Below, one piece after another: positions 25,207-34,330 of a stretch of 64,000 nt of DNA (the first letter of the stretch is position 1; every line of letters begins with the position of its first letter). Origin of the DNA: Spirochaetaceae bacterium (GTDB taxonomy: Bacteria; Spirochaetota; Spirochaetia; SZUA-6; Bin103); the NCBI GenBank assembly GCA_028821475.1, contig JAPPGB010000086.1, positions 54,896 to 118,895 on the forward strand, in the 5' to 3' direction. The notes under the pieces were generated by a model. It saw only the letters and a list, made by a program, of their open reading frames with translations. It ran no database searches and was not told where the DNA came from. The position numbers and the translations under genes are program-made.

Positions 25207-27276
25207 ATGGATGCCGTGACCTCTACCACCCTCTGGTCCACCGTTGCCGCGCTGCCCGATTACCTCCTGTTGGCGCAGACGCGGCAGCTCGCCCGCCACG
25301 AGCAGGCGCTGCAGATCCTGGTGCTCGACCACCTGCGCGAGATCGAGGCGCGCCGCCTCCACCTGACGCGCGGGTACGGCAGTCTGTTCGACTACGTGGT
25401 GCACGAACTGGGCTACACCGCGGCCGCCGCCTGGCGGCGGATCAAGGCGATGCGGCTGTGCACGCAGACCGACGCGGCACGCGAGTTGCTGCGGGACGGC
25501 TCGCTGAACCTGAGCAACGCAGCGCAACTGCAGAACCTGTTCGAACGCAGCGACCGTAGCGACCGCAGCCGCGGCGGTCCGCCGGTCAGTGACGGCGCCG
25601 GTGCCGGCCTGGGCGAGGCGCCGCGGAATGACGGCGCACCGGGGGAACCGGCGCTGGCGGCACCGATGCACGGCGGCGAGCGCGACCTGGCACCGGTGGC
25701 CGGGCCGGTACTGGACGCGGCGGCGCGGGAGAAGCTGGTCCGGCAGGCGGCCGGCAAGAGCACGCGCGAAGTGCAGCAGATGCTGGCCGAGGTGGACCCG
25801 GAGCTGGCGCAGCCGAGCGACCGGATGCGCGCGCTCGCCGGCGGGCGCTGGGAGCTGAAGGCGGCGGGCGACGCGGAGTGCCGGCATGGGCTGGAGAAGC
25901 TTCTGATGCTGCTGTCGCACACCGACCCGCACCTCACGCTGGGCGGGCTGGTGGCGCGGCTGGTGCGGGAAGGCCTGCACCGCTACGACCCGGAGCGGCC
26001 ACCGAGTCCGCGGCGTCCGGGCGGGGGCGCCTCGGTCGCCGGCGTGCGAACGCCGACCAAGCCGGCGCGGCGGGATACGGAGACAGTGCAGCGGAACGCG
26101 GCGCGCGCGAAGGGCCGCGATGTCGAACGGCAGAGCGGAATCGAGCGGGGCGACACGCCGTTGGCGGCCGATGGGGATGGCACTCCCCGTCCTTCGGCGC
26201 CGAAACGGCAAGCGGAGGGCGAGCGCGGCAGCACGGAGCCGGCGGCGGTGCGGGATATTGTCTGCGGCACCGCTTCGGCGGCGAAGCGCCGCTCGGAGGT
26301 CGAGCATGGCAGCGTTCCGCTCGAGGAGGCACCGAGCAGCGTCGGGCGCCCCGCTTCGCCGGCGAAGCGCCACTCCGGCACCGAGCACGGCAGCGCGTCA
26401 CCGGTAGCGGCACCGAACAGCGGTGGGCGCCACCCTTCGCCGACGAAGCGCGAAGCCGAAGCCGAGCACGGCGGCGCGAGGTTCACGGCGGTGCGGGATA
26501 TTGTCCGCGGCACCGCTTCGGCGGCGAAGCGCCGCTCGGAGGTCGAGCATGGCAGCGTTCCGCTCGAGGAGGCACCGAGCAGCGTCGGGCGCCCCGCTTC
26601 GCCGGCGAAGCGCCACTCGGGCACCGAGCACGGCAGCATGTCACCGGTAGCGGCACCGAACAGCGGTGGGCGCCACCCTTCGCCGGCGAAGCGCGAAGCC
26701 GAACTCGGGCGCGCGTCGCGCGCCGTGGCGCGGGACGGCGGCGGGCGGGCGGTTGCGGCGGCACGGCGGGATACGGAGGCCGAGCGCAGCGGCGCGTCAT
26801 CGGCGGCGGAACCGACCAACAGCGGGCCAGCCGCTTCGGCGGCGAAGCGGCTGGCGTACGCCGCCGGGCTTGGTGCGGTGGGGCCGGTGGAGCGTTCGCC
26901 GGCTCTGCAGCGGCACCTCGCCGCGTTGCGCTGCTGCGACGCGGTGCCGGGCTCCCGCTCGCGGTACATCCCGGTAGCGGTGAAGCGGGAGGTGTGGCGG
27001 CGCGACCAGGGTCGTTGCAGCTATGTCGACCCGCACAGCGGGCGGCGCTGCGGCTCCCGCTATCGGCTGGAGATCGACCACGTCGTGCCGTTCGCGCTCG
27101 GCGGCCGTACCGAGTTGTTCAACTTGCGCGTGCGTTGCCGTGCTCACCACAGGTTGCGCCATGCTCGCGCCGAACGTGTGCCGCCTGAAGCCCGGCGCTC
27201 CGGTCTCCACGGTCGATCGCAAGGAACGCGGGCGGACGGTCGGTCGCATGCGGCAATCGATCCGGCCGGGGGGTGA
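25207..27276 (+). CDS. DUF222 / HNH endonuclease (REP13E12-family) protein with a repetitive linker
   Basis: It has an N-terminal DUF222-like region and a C-terminal HNH motif (CSYVDPHSGRRCGSRYRLEIDHVVPFALGG ... CRAHHRL). Confidence 0.75.
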   Translation: MDAVTSTTLWSTVAALPDYLLLAQTRQLARHEQALQILVLDHLREIEARRLHLTRGYGSLFDYVVHELGYTAAAAWRRIKAMRLCTQTDAARELLRDGSLNLSNAAQLQNLFERSDRSDRSRGGPPVSDGAGAGLGEAPRNDGAPGEPALAAPMHGGERDLAPVAGPVLDAAAREKLVRQAAGKSTREVQQMLAEVDPELAQPSDRMRALAGGRWELKAAGDAECRHGLEKLLMLLSHTDPHLTLGGLVARLVREGLHRYDPERPPSPRRPGGGASVAGVRTPTKPARRDTETVQRNAARAKGRDVERQSGIERGDTPLAADGDGTPRPSAPKRQAEGERGSTEPAAVRDIVCGTASAAKRRSEVEHGSVPLEEAPSSVGRPASPAKRHSGTEHGSASPVAAPNSGGRHPSPTKREAEAEHGGARFTAVRDIVRGTASAAKRRSEVEHGSVPLEEAPSSVGRPASPAKRHSGTEHGSMSPVAAPNSGGRHPSPAKREAELGRASRAVARDGGGRAVAAARRDTEAERSGASSAAEPTNSGPAASAAKRLAYAAGLGAVGPVERSPALQRHLAALRCCDAVPGSRSRYIPVAVKREVWRRDQGRCSYVDPHSGRRCGSRYRLEIDHVVPFALGGRTELFNLRVRCRAHHRLRHARAERVPPEARRSGLHGRSQGTRADGRSHAAIDPAGG
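26245..26703 (+). repeat. 243-bp tandem duplication (about 1.9 copies, 4 mismatches) inside the HNH gene, with a nested sub-repeat of about 57 bp
   Basis: Copy A is 26245-26487 and copy B is 26488 to about 26703. The sub-repeat encodes a KR-x-x-E-x-EHG motif. Confidence 0.8.
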
Positions 27277-27455
27277 TCGCGCGCCGTCGTGGAACCGGCG
27301 CTCCCGACTGACGGCGGTCGATGTGGAGCCGCGCACCATCGCGTCGCCGATCCCGTTCGCCGGCTCCAGGGTTCGCTTCCGCGTCCCTTGAGCAGACAGA
27401 CCGTCTGTAGTGATCGCTTACCGCTTACGCGTTCGCACCCGTGCGATGACCGCCT

Positions 27456-28535
27456 TTGACCACCGACGCGCGCGCGTGGTGTAATGCCGCCCGGCATGGG
27501 GCAGCAGGTCGAATCCGCTACCGTGGCGGCGCGCGCATGATCACCGTGGACCAGTTGCTGCGCTACGCCCGCCGGCTGCCGCTGGTCGGGCCGCAGGTCG
27601 GGCGGCGGCGGATCCTGCCGCTGGCGGCGGCGGCGCTGCTGGCCTGCACCGCGCTGCTGGTCGCGGTGACGGTGCTGCCGCGTAGCGGCCGGCTTGCTCC
27701 GTCCACCACCTCCGGCACCGACGGCATCGCCATGATTCCTTACCTGGGCGGCGCCGCCACCTCCCTGCTGGTGGTGCTGCTCGGGGTAGCGACCCTCGGT
27801 CTCGGCGCGCTGGCCATGGCGTACCTGCTCGTCGTCCTGGGCGGCAACCGCAACCGCTACAAGCGCGGCAACGCGCTGCCGTGGCGCATCATCATCATGA
27901 TGGTGGCCGGCATGCTGGTGTTCTACTTCCTGGTTGCGCTGATGCTGTCGTTCATTGCGGTGCCCGAGGAGGCGGAGCAGCGCCTGCCGCTGGGGGAGGG
28001 CGACGGCGAGGAAGCGGAAGAGGAGGAACTCGAGGAGGTGCCGGAGCCGGTGGACGATCCGCTCACCGCGGCCACCCGCGCCCGGCGCTCGCGGATTGTC
28101 CTGCTGGGCCTGCTGGCGGTGGGCTTCGCCGCGGCGATCTACTTCGCCGTGCGCTTGATGCGTGCCACGCCGGAGGCGGAGCCGGTCGAGGAGAAGCTGT
28201 CCGAGGAGTTGCGCCGGGACCTGGCGGAGGCCACCGAGATGGCGATCGCGGAGCTGGAGGCCGAGCAGGACTTCCGGCGCGCGGTGATTGGCTGCTGGGC
28301 ATACCTGGAGATGGCGCTGGCGCGCAACGAGCACCCGCGCGAAGCGCACCACACGCCACTGGAGTTCATCCGTGCCCTGGTGCTCGACCTGCCCGCGTTG
28401 CCGGCGCGCGCCCTTCTTGAACTCGCCACCCGCTACGAGGTGGCGCGCTTCTCCGAACACGCCATCTCCCGCGGCGACCGCGACACGGCGCTGCGCTGCC
28501 TGCACGACATCCGCGGCCGACTGAAGGCGGCATGA
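27456..28535 (+). CDS. Membrane protein with a C-terminal DUF4129 domain
   Basis: It has TM helices and a C-terminus (HTPLEFIRAL ... LATRYEVARFSEHAIS) typical of DUF4129. The start is either TTG at 27456 or ATG at 27537. Confidence 0.55.
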   Translation: MTTDARAWCNAARHGAAGRIRYRGGARMITVDQLLRYARRLPLVGPQVGRRRILPLAAAALLACTALLVAVTVLPRSGRLAPSTTSGTDGIAMIPYLGGAATSLLVVLLGVATLGLGALAMAYLLVVLGGNRNRYKRGNALPWRIIIMMVAGMLVFYFLVALMLSFIAVPEEAEQRLPLGEGDGEEAEEEELEEVPEPVDDPLTAATRARRSRIVLLGLLAVGFAAAIYFAVRLMRATPEAEPVEEKLSEELRRDLAEATEMAIAELEAEQDFRRAVIGCWAYLEMALARNEHPREAHHTPLEFIRALVLDLPALPARALLELATRYEVARFSEHAISRGDRDTALRCLHDIRGRLKAA

Positions 28536-29077
28536 GCGACTACTCCGAGCGGGATCTGAAACCGCGTCCGTACGGACGGCGCAGTGCCATCGCGCTGCTG
28601 GTGGCCGCCGCCGGCCTGCTGGTGTGGGCGCTTACCGCCGGCGACGACCCCACGCTGCGCACCACCGCCGTGGCCGGCGTCGTCGCCCTGACCATCGTCG
28701 GCATCACCATTCGCTTCGCTCATCGCACGGTCCGCGAGCAGCGGCATGCGGACGGCGAGACCGACGCCGATGCCGCGAGGGCGGGCACGGCCGCCGCGAG
28801 CGGCGGTCCTCCCGACTCGTACCAGGAGCTGCTCCATCAGCTCGACGCCGCCTCGCGCAGCCCCTCCTACCTGAAGTCGGTGGTGGTGCCTCGGCTGGAG
28901 CAGATCCTGGCCGGCAAGCAGCCCGGTCCGGCCGCCGCCGAGGTGGACGCCGAACTGCAGCGGCTGGCGGCCGCGGCACGCGACCGGAATCCATGGTTGA
29001 CCTGGCTGCTCGGGGAGCGGCGTGCTACCGCCGTCGCACTCGCCGCCGTGGCCCGCAAGCTGGCAGACCTGCCGTGA
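28532..29077 (+). CDS. Hypothetical membrane protein (181 aa)
   Basis: Its start/stop overlaps neighbours on both sides, and it has a TM segment. Confidence 0.4.
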   Translation: MSDYSERDLKPRPYGRRSAIALLVAAAGLLVWALTAGDDPTLRTTAVAGVVALTIVGITIRFAHRTVREQRHADGETDADAARAGTAAASGGPPDSYQELLHQLDAASRSPSYLKSVVVPRLEQILAGKQPGPAAAEVDAELQRLAAAARDRNPWLTWLLGERRATAVALAAVARKLADLP

Positions 29078-30411
29078 GCCAGGCTCCGGTCAAGCGCTAC
29101 AGCGGGCGCCTCACCCTCTACTTCGTCATCACCACCTGCGCCGTGCTGGCGGCGGTGATCATCGGACGCCTGGAGCCGCTGGTGGCGGTGGCGCCGTTCG
29201 CGGCGGCGATTCTGACCGCCCTGTTCGCCGAGGGCGCCCCGCGGGCGCGCACCAGCTACGAGGTGACCCAGGGCGCGGTGCACGAGGACGAGCCGGTGGA
29301 CGTGCACATCGAGGTGCAGCCGGACGCCGACGTGGGCGTGCTGGAGCTGCTTGATCCGCTGCCGGCGTGGGCGGAGGTGACCACCGGCACCAACCGCATC
29401 GTGCGCCCGCTGTACGCCGGCAACGCCGAGCGGTTCCACTACCGCGTACAGTTTCATCGCCGCGCGCGCATCGACCTCGGCGCCTTGCGCCATCGCTGGC
29501 ACGACGCCTCCGCCCTGGTGCGGTGGGAAACGAGCGATACGCCGCGCCACGTGCTCACCGTCAGACCACGCACCACGCCGATCGCCCACCCGGTGCGGCC
29601 GGTGCGCACCCAGGTATACATGGGCAACTACCCGGCGCCCACTATCGGCGAGGGGCTGGAGATTGCCGAGTTGCGCCCGCACGTGCCCGGTGACCGCCTG
29701 CGCAGCATCAACTGGCGCGCGTCGCTGCGCATGGGCTCGCTGCACGTCAACGAATACGCTCCGGAGCGCAACGCCGACGTCGTGCTGCTGCTCGACACGT
29801 TCGCGGACGCGGGGCCGCCGGGGGCGAGGCTGCTCGACACCGCGACCCGTATTGCCGCCAGCCTCGCCGACCACTTTCTGGCCACCCGCAACCGGGTCGG
29901 GCTGATCGAACTGAGCGGCATCCTGAAGTGGGTGATCCCGGCCAGTGGCCACCGCCAGCGCTACCGCCTGCTGGAGAACCTCACCGACGTCGCGGTGCGG
30001 CGCAGCTACGTGGGCCAGGACCTGCGCACCATTCCGACCCGCATCCTGCCGGCGCGGGCGTTCATCATCGCCATCTCCGGCCTCATCGACGCGCGCTTCG
30101 CGTTCGCGGCCGGCGACCTGCACGCGCGCGGCTTCAACGTGGTGCTGGTGGCGCTCGATGCGGCGGCGGCGGCCGAGGAGGCGGAGCTGCGCCATCGCCG
30201 CGACGCGCGCGGCCGCCTGCTGAGTTCCGCGGCCGCCTCGCTGTGGCGGCTGGAGCTGGACGAACGGTTGCGCAGTCTGCAGCACGCCGGCGTGCCGGTG
30301 GTGCCGTGCGCCGCGGACACGCCACCGGAGCTGGTGGCGCGCGGCATCGACAGCCTGCGCCGCGCCACCGCCGGGGCGGGATCGGTGGGGGGGCGCGCCG
30401 GTGCCGGGTAA
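29074..30411 (+). CDS. DUF58 domain protein (MoxR-associated)
   Basis: The GTG start overlaps the upstream stop. It has a conserved DUF58 block (LRPHVPGDRLRSINWRASLRMGSLHVNEYAPERNADVVLLLD). Confidence 0.7.
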   Translation: MSQAPVKRYSGRLTLYFVITTCAVLAAVIIGRLEPLVAVAPFAAAILTALFAEGAPRARTSYEVTQGAVHEDEPVDVHIEVQPDADVGVLELLDPLPAWAEVTTGTNRIVRPLYAGNAERFHYRVQFHRRARIDLGALRHRWHDASALVRWETSDTPRHVLTVRPRTTPIAHPVRPVRTQVYMGNYPAPTIGEGLEIAELRPHVPGDRLRSINWRASLRMGSLHVNEYAPERNADVVLLLDTFADAGPPGARLLDTATRIAASLADHFLATRNRVGLIELSGILKWVIPASGHRQRYRLLENLTDVAVRRSYVGQDLRTIPTRILPARAFIIAISGLIDARFAFAAGDLHARGFNVVLVALDAAAAAEEAELRHRRDARGRLLSSAAASLWRLELDERLRSLQHAGVPVVPCAADTPPELVARGIDSLRRATAGAGSVGGRAGAG

Positions 30412-30429
30412 CGCCCGGGCGGTGGCGCG

Positions 30430-30993
30430 ATGATCCGCCGCCTGGTGCTGGCCCTGCCGCTGCTGGTGGCGCTGTACGTGCTGAGCATCGATACCTCCGG
30501 CGGGGTTGCCGTGCTGGCGACGGCGGCGGTCGCGGGCGCCCTGGCCGGCGCGGCGCTGCGCCGCTACCGCCTGCTGGCGGCCGGCGCGGCGCTGCTGCTG
30601 CCGGCCTACTGGGGCGCCGTGCTCGTGGCGGGTCGCGGCCCCGACTTCTGGGGCGCGCTCGGCGTCGGCATTGCCGTGTTTCTGCTCCTGGAGCTGGGCT
30701 ACGACTGGGTGGCCCTGTTCGGGCGCTCGGTGCGCTTCGCGGAGTATGCCTCGCGCTGGCGCCACCTGGTGCGCAGTTGCGGCCTCGGCGCCGCCGGCGC
30801 CTACCTGGTGGCCCTGCTGGCGGTGAACCTGGCACCGCGCCTCGGTGGCGTCGACGCCACGATGCTGTTCGTGATGGCGGCGGCCGCGGCAGCCGCCGCC
30901 GCCATCATCCTGGTGAGCCTGGTGCGGCTGTGGTTGCGCCGGCTCGCCGACCCGCCGGAGGCGGCGGGCGAGGAACCATCCTCCGGTGGCTGA
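30430..30993 (+). CDS. Hypothetical polytopic membrane protein
   Basis: A 187-aa hydrophobic protein within the operon. Confidence 0.4.
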   Translation: MIRRLVLALPLLVALYVLSIDTSGGVAVLATAAVAGALAGAALRRYRLLAAGAALLLPAYWGAVLVAGRGPDFWGALGVGIAVFLLLELGYDWVALFGRSVRFAEYASRWRHLVRSCGLGAAGAYLVALLAVNLAPRLGGVDATMLFVMAAAAAAAAAIILVSLVRLWLRRLADPPEAAGEEPSSGG

Positions 30994-31804
30994 GCCTTCC
31001 GCCGCGCCGGCTGACGCGGCAACCGTAATCTCCGCCCTGGAGGAGTTGATCGACCCGGAGAAGGCACGCTTCCTGCCGCGATTCTTCCGCACCGGCCCGG
31101 GCGAATATGGCGAGGGCGACCGCTTCCTGGGCGTGACCGTACCGCTGCAGCGGTGGGTGGCGCGGCGCTTCGCTCGCCTCCACTGGGCCGCCGTCGCCGA
31201 CCTGCTGGCCAGTCCCTTCCACGAGGCGCGCCTCACCGCGCTGTTGATCCTGGTGCAGCGGTTCGCCAAGGCCGACAAGGCGCGACGCGCCGCGATCGTG
31301 CGTTTCTACCTGGACCATCTCAACGCGGTGAACAACTGGGACCTGGTCGATCTCTCGGCGCCCAGGATTCTCGGCGCCTGGCTGCTCGATCAACCCCCCG
31401 CCGCGCGCCAAGTCCTCCACTGGCTGGTCGACAGCGGCGACCTGTGGCGGCAGCGCGTCGCCATGCTGGCCACGCTGCCACTGATCAAGGCGGACCAGTT
31501 CGCCGAGGCGCTGGCGATTGCGGAGGTGCTCCTGCACCACGAGCATGACCTGATCCACAAGGCGGTGGGGTGGATGCTGCGCGAGGTGGGCAAGCGCGAT
31601 CTTGATACGGAACTGGCGTTCCTGGACGCTCACTGCGCAACGATGCCACGCACGATGCTGCGCTACGCCATCGAGAAGTTCCCCCCCGACCGGCGGCGCC
31701 GCTACCTGGCAACTCGTGGTGGAACCCGGCGTCGCACCTCGACCGCAGCCGGTGCTGCGCCACGGGCTGCCACCAGCCGCGAGCCGCCGAAGTCAGCCGG
31801 CTGA
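30986..31804 (+). CDS. DNA alkylation repair protein (AlkD-like HEAT-repeat glycosylase family)
   Basis: Helical repeat architecture with an AlkD-like central region (WDLVDLSAPRILGAWLL ... KAVGWMLRE). Confidence 0.55.
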   Translation: MAEPSAAPADAATVISALEELIDPEKARFLPRFFRTGPGEYGEGDRFLGVTVPLQRWVARRFARLHWAAVADLLASPFHEARLTALLILVQRFAKADKARRAAIVRFYLDHLNAVNNWDLVDLSAPRILGAWLLDQPPAARQVLHWLVDSGDLWRQRVAMLATLPLIKADQFAEALAIAEVLLHHEHDLIHKAVGWMLREVGKRDLDTELAFLDAHCATMPRTMLRYAIEKFPPDRRRRYLATRGGTRRRTSTAAGAAPRAATSREPPKSAG

Positions 31805-31805
31805 C

Positions 31806-32804
31806 TCAGCGGGGCGGAGAGGCCGGGGCGCCGCTGGCCGCTGAAGCGTACACGGCGTCCATCAGCTCACTGTAGATGACCCCGTTGCGCGGACTGGACG
31901 CCGGTTCGGCGCGCCCGAGCACCGCGTCGATGAAGCTGACGATGGGCGCGGCCGCACCACCGGGCAACTCGGGCTCGATTTCGCCGTCGGCGCCGTACAC
32001 GCGGATCCAGGAGCCGGTCCAGCCGTCGATCTCGACACGCCCGTTCTCGAAGATGAACACCAGCCCCGCGCCGGCGGCGGCGCAATTGCCGCTGACCGTG
32101 ATGCTGGCCATCACGCCGTTGGCGAACCGCACCGCCAGCACGCTGTTGATGTCCACCGGGGTGCCCTGGTTGTCCATGAACGCGAACACCCGTTCCGGTG
32201 AGGACTCCACGGTCCACACCACGCTGTTGAGCAGGTGCGAGCCGCTGTCGTAGGCCTGGCCGCCGCCGGACAGCGCCGGGTCCTGGCGCCAGGTGCCGGT
32301 AGTGCTGGCGCGCCAGCCCTGCGACAGGAAGCCATCCACCAGTTCCAGCTTGCCGAGGGTGCCGGCGCGCACCACCTCACGCAGGTAACGGAACGCCGGC
32401 GTGCTCGGCGTGTTGTAGCCGACCACCAGGATGCGGCCCGACGCCGCCACCAGCCGCTCCAGTTCGCGCGCCTGCGCGGTGTCGGTCACCATCGGCTTCT
32501 CCATGAACACGTGGCAGCCGGCCGCGATCGCCTGCTTGCCGTGCTCGAAGTGGGCGGTGTGCGGAGTCGAGATCACCACGGCGTCCAGCGCTGCTTCCCG
32601 GTACATGGCCGCCGCGTCCGCGTAGGCCGGCGGCGCCGGCGAGCCGGCCAACGGCTCCAACAGGTTTTCCTCCACCCAGCGCTCGATGAGACCGGTATCG
32701 ACGTCGCACAGCGCCACCAGCTCGGCATCGGGATGTTCCAGGATGCGCTTTGCGTGATTGCGCGACATGCGCCCGCAGCCGAGAATGCCTATTCGAATGG
32801 CCAA
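31806..32804 (-). CDS. Gfo/Idh/MocA family oxidoreductase
   Basis: TTG start preceded by AAGGAGG. It has an N-terminal Rossmann fold (IGILGCGRMSRNHA). Confidence 0.8.
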   Translation of the reverse strand: MAIRIGILGCGRMSRNHAKRILEHPDAELVALCDVDTGLIERWVEENLLEPLAGSPAPPAYADAAAMYREAALDAVVISTPHTAHFEHGKQAIAAGCHVFMEKPMVTDTAQARELERLVAASGRILVVGYNTPSTPAFRYLREVVRAGTLGKLELVDGFLSQGWRASTTGTWRQDPALSGGGQAYDSGSHLLNSVVWTVESSPERVFAFMDNQGTPVDINSVLAVRFANGVMASITVSGNCAAAGAGLVFIFENGRVEIDGWTGSWIRVYGADGEIEPELPGGAAAPIVSFIDAVLGRAEPASSPRNGVIYSELMDAVYASAASGAPASPPR

Positions 32805-33032
32805 TCCGTTCCTCCTTGCGGCGGTGCGCAGACGCCGCTGCGCCCGCCGCGGGCACCTTACCGAAAGAGCGAACAGGCAATAAAGCCCTACTGGTTTGCC
32901 GCAGCATACAAATCGGACAATCTGACTAATAACCGGAGTAACCCGGTGCATGCCGACACTGCCAATCCTTCGGCGATTGCCAGTTGCGCGCGAGTCATCT
33001 ACAGTCCTGCCGGTCATGAGAGAGTGCACCCG

Positions 33033-34235
33033 ATGAGACAATGGACCCTGTGCGACCACGCTTCGGGCGTGTGGGTGGAGACACTGGACCTCGGGCCGGC
33101 GGAGCTGGGCCTGCCCGAGTGCCGGGTCACCAAGCGGCGGCTGCGCGGCGGGCTGAGCGACGGCGTCGACCTGGTGCAGGTGACCTGCGGCGCGTTGACC
33201 TTCGCGATCCTCCCGACCCGCGGCATGGGGCTCTGGCGCGGCTCGTTCCGCGGCCTGGACCTTGGCTGGCAGGCCCCGGTGCGCGGCCCGGTGCATCCCT
33301 CCTACGTGGTGACCGGTGAGCGCGGCGGGCTGGGCTGGCTGCGCGGCTTCGACGAGTGGATGGTGCGCTGCGGCCTGGACAGCAACGGCGCGCCGGGGCC
33401 GGACACGGTGCTGGACAACAACGGCAACCCGATTACCGTCGGGCTCGACCTGCACGGCAGGATCGCCAACACGCCCGCGCACTACGTGTCGGTGACCGCC
33501 GACCCGGCGCAGGAAGTGCTGCAGGTAACCGGCCACGTCGCCGAGAGCGCGCTGTTCCACCCCCTGCTGGAGTTGCAGACCACCATTTCGGTGACGCCCG
33601 GCTCGTCGCGCATCACCGTCGCCGACACCGTCATCAACCGTCAGGCTGTGCCGGCCGAGCTGGAGTTGCTCTACCACTGCAACTTCGGCCCGCCGTTCCT
33701 GGCCGAGGGCAGCCGCGTGGCCGTGCCCTACCATGCCATGGCACCGCGCGACGAGCGCGCCGCCGAAGGCCTCGGTGACGACCCGGACACCGCGAGTGCC
33801 CGCGCCACCACGTGCCTGGCGCCGACCGCCGGCTACATCGAACAGTGCTACTTCTTCCGCCCGGCCGCCCTGCCGGGCGACGGCGCCTCCCTGGCGGCAC
33901 TCATTACCGCCGATCACCGCCGTGCCGCGGTGGTGCGGTTCGACTGCCGGCAGCTTCCGTGCCTGACGCTGTGGAAGAACACCGCCGCCACCGGGCAGGG
34001 GTACGTGATCGGCATCGAGCCGGCCACCGACTATCCCAACACGCGGGCGGTCGAACGCGCCGCCGGGCGGGTGATCCGCCTGGACCCGGCCGCCCGCTAC
34101 CAGGCGCAGATCATGCTGGAGGTGGCACTCGGCGAAGAGGACGTCGCCGGTGTGGCGGCGGAAATCGGACAGATACATGACACCGCATCCAGAATTACCC
34201 ACCTGGCGCCGCGCGCGGGCTTCGGCAATGCATGA
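33033..34235 (+). CDS. DUF4432 (aldose-1-epimerase-like) family protein
   Basis: The length and conserved blocks are consistent with DUF4432. This is a tentative call. Confidence 0.45.
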   Translation: MRQWTLCDHASGVWVETLDLGPAELGLPECRVTKRRLRGGLSDGVDLVQVTCGALTFAILPTRGMGLWRGSFRGLDLGWQAPVRGPVHPSYVVTGERGGLGWLRGFDEWMVRCGLDSNGAPGPDTVLDNNGNPITVGLDLHGRIANTPAHYVSVTADPAQEVLQVTGHVAESALFHPLLELQTTISVTPGSSRITVADTVINRQAVPAELELLYHCNFGPPFLAEGSRVAVPYHAMAPRDERAAEGLGDDPDTASARATTCLAPTAGYIEQCYFFRPAALPGDGASLAALITADHRRAAVVRFDCRQLPCLTLWKNTAATGQGYVIGIEPATDYPNTRAVERAAGRVIRLDPAARYQAQIMLEVALGEEDVAGVAAEIGQIHDTASRITHLAPRAGFGNA

Positions 34236-34330
34236 AGATTGCCCGAGCCGCGCGACGAGGTGGCACGAGGTGGACCACCGGTCTTGACGGCCGTGCCCCC
34301 TGACCGCCACCCTTAGCGCAGGATGTCGCG

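Noticed and set aside
26245-26703. Possible CRISPR array
   Set aside because: The repeat unit is 243 bp, tandem, with no spacers, and lies in-frame inside a protein-coding gene. It is not CRISPR-like. No CRISPR arrays are seen anywhere in the window.
25177-27339. Multiple minus- and plus-strand ORFs (25177-26388, 25878-27188, 25983-26969 and others) inside the HNH gene
   Set aside because: These are alternative-frame or antisense readings of the repetitive linker. The repeats make them look periodic, but the DUF222 and HNH domains define the true frame (25207-27276).
32235-33032. 5' part of the 666-aa ORF 32235-34235
   Set aside because: It is antisense to the Gfo/Idh/MocA gene. The DUF4432 gene starts at the ATG at 33033 after an AT-richer divergent promoter region.
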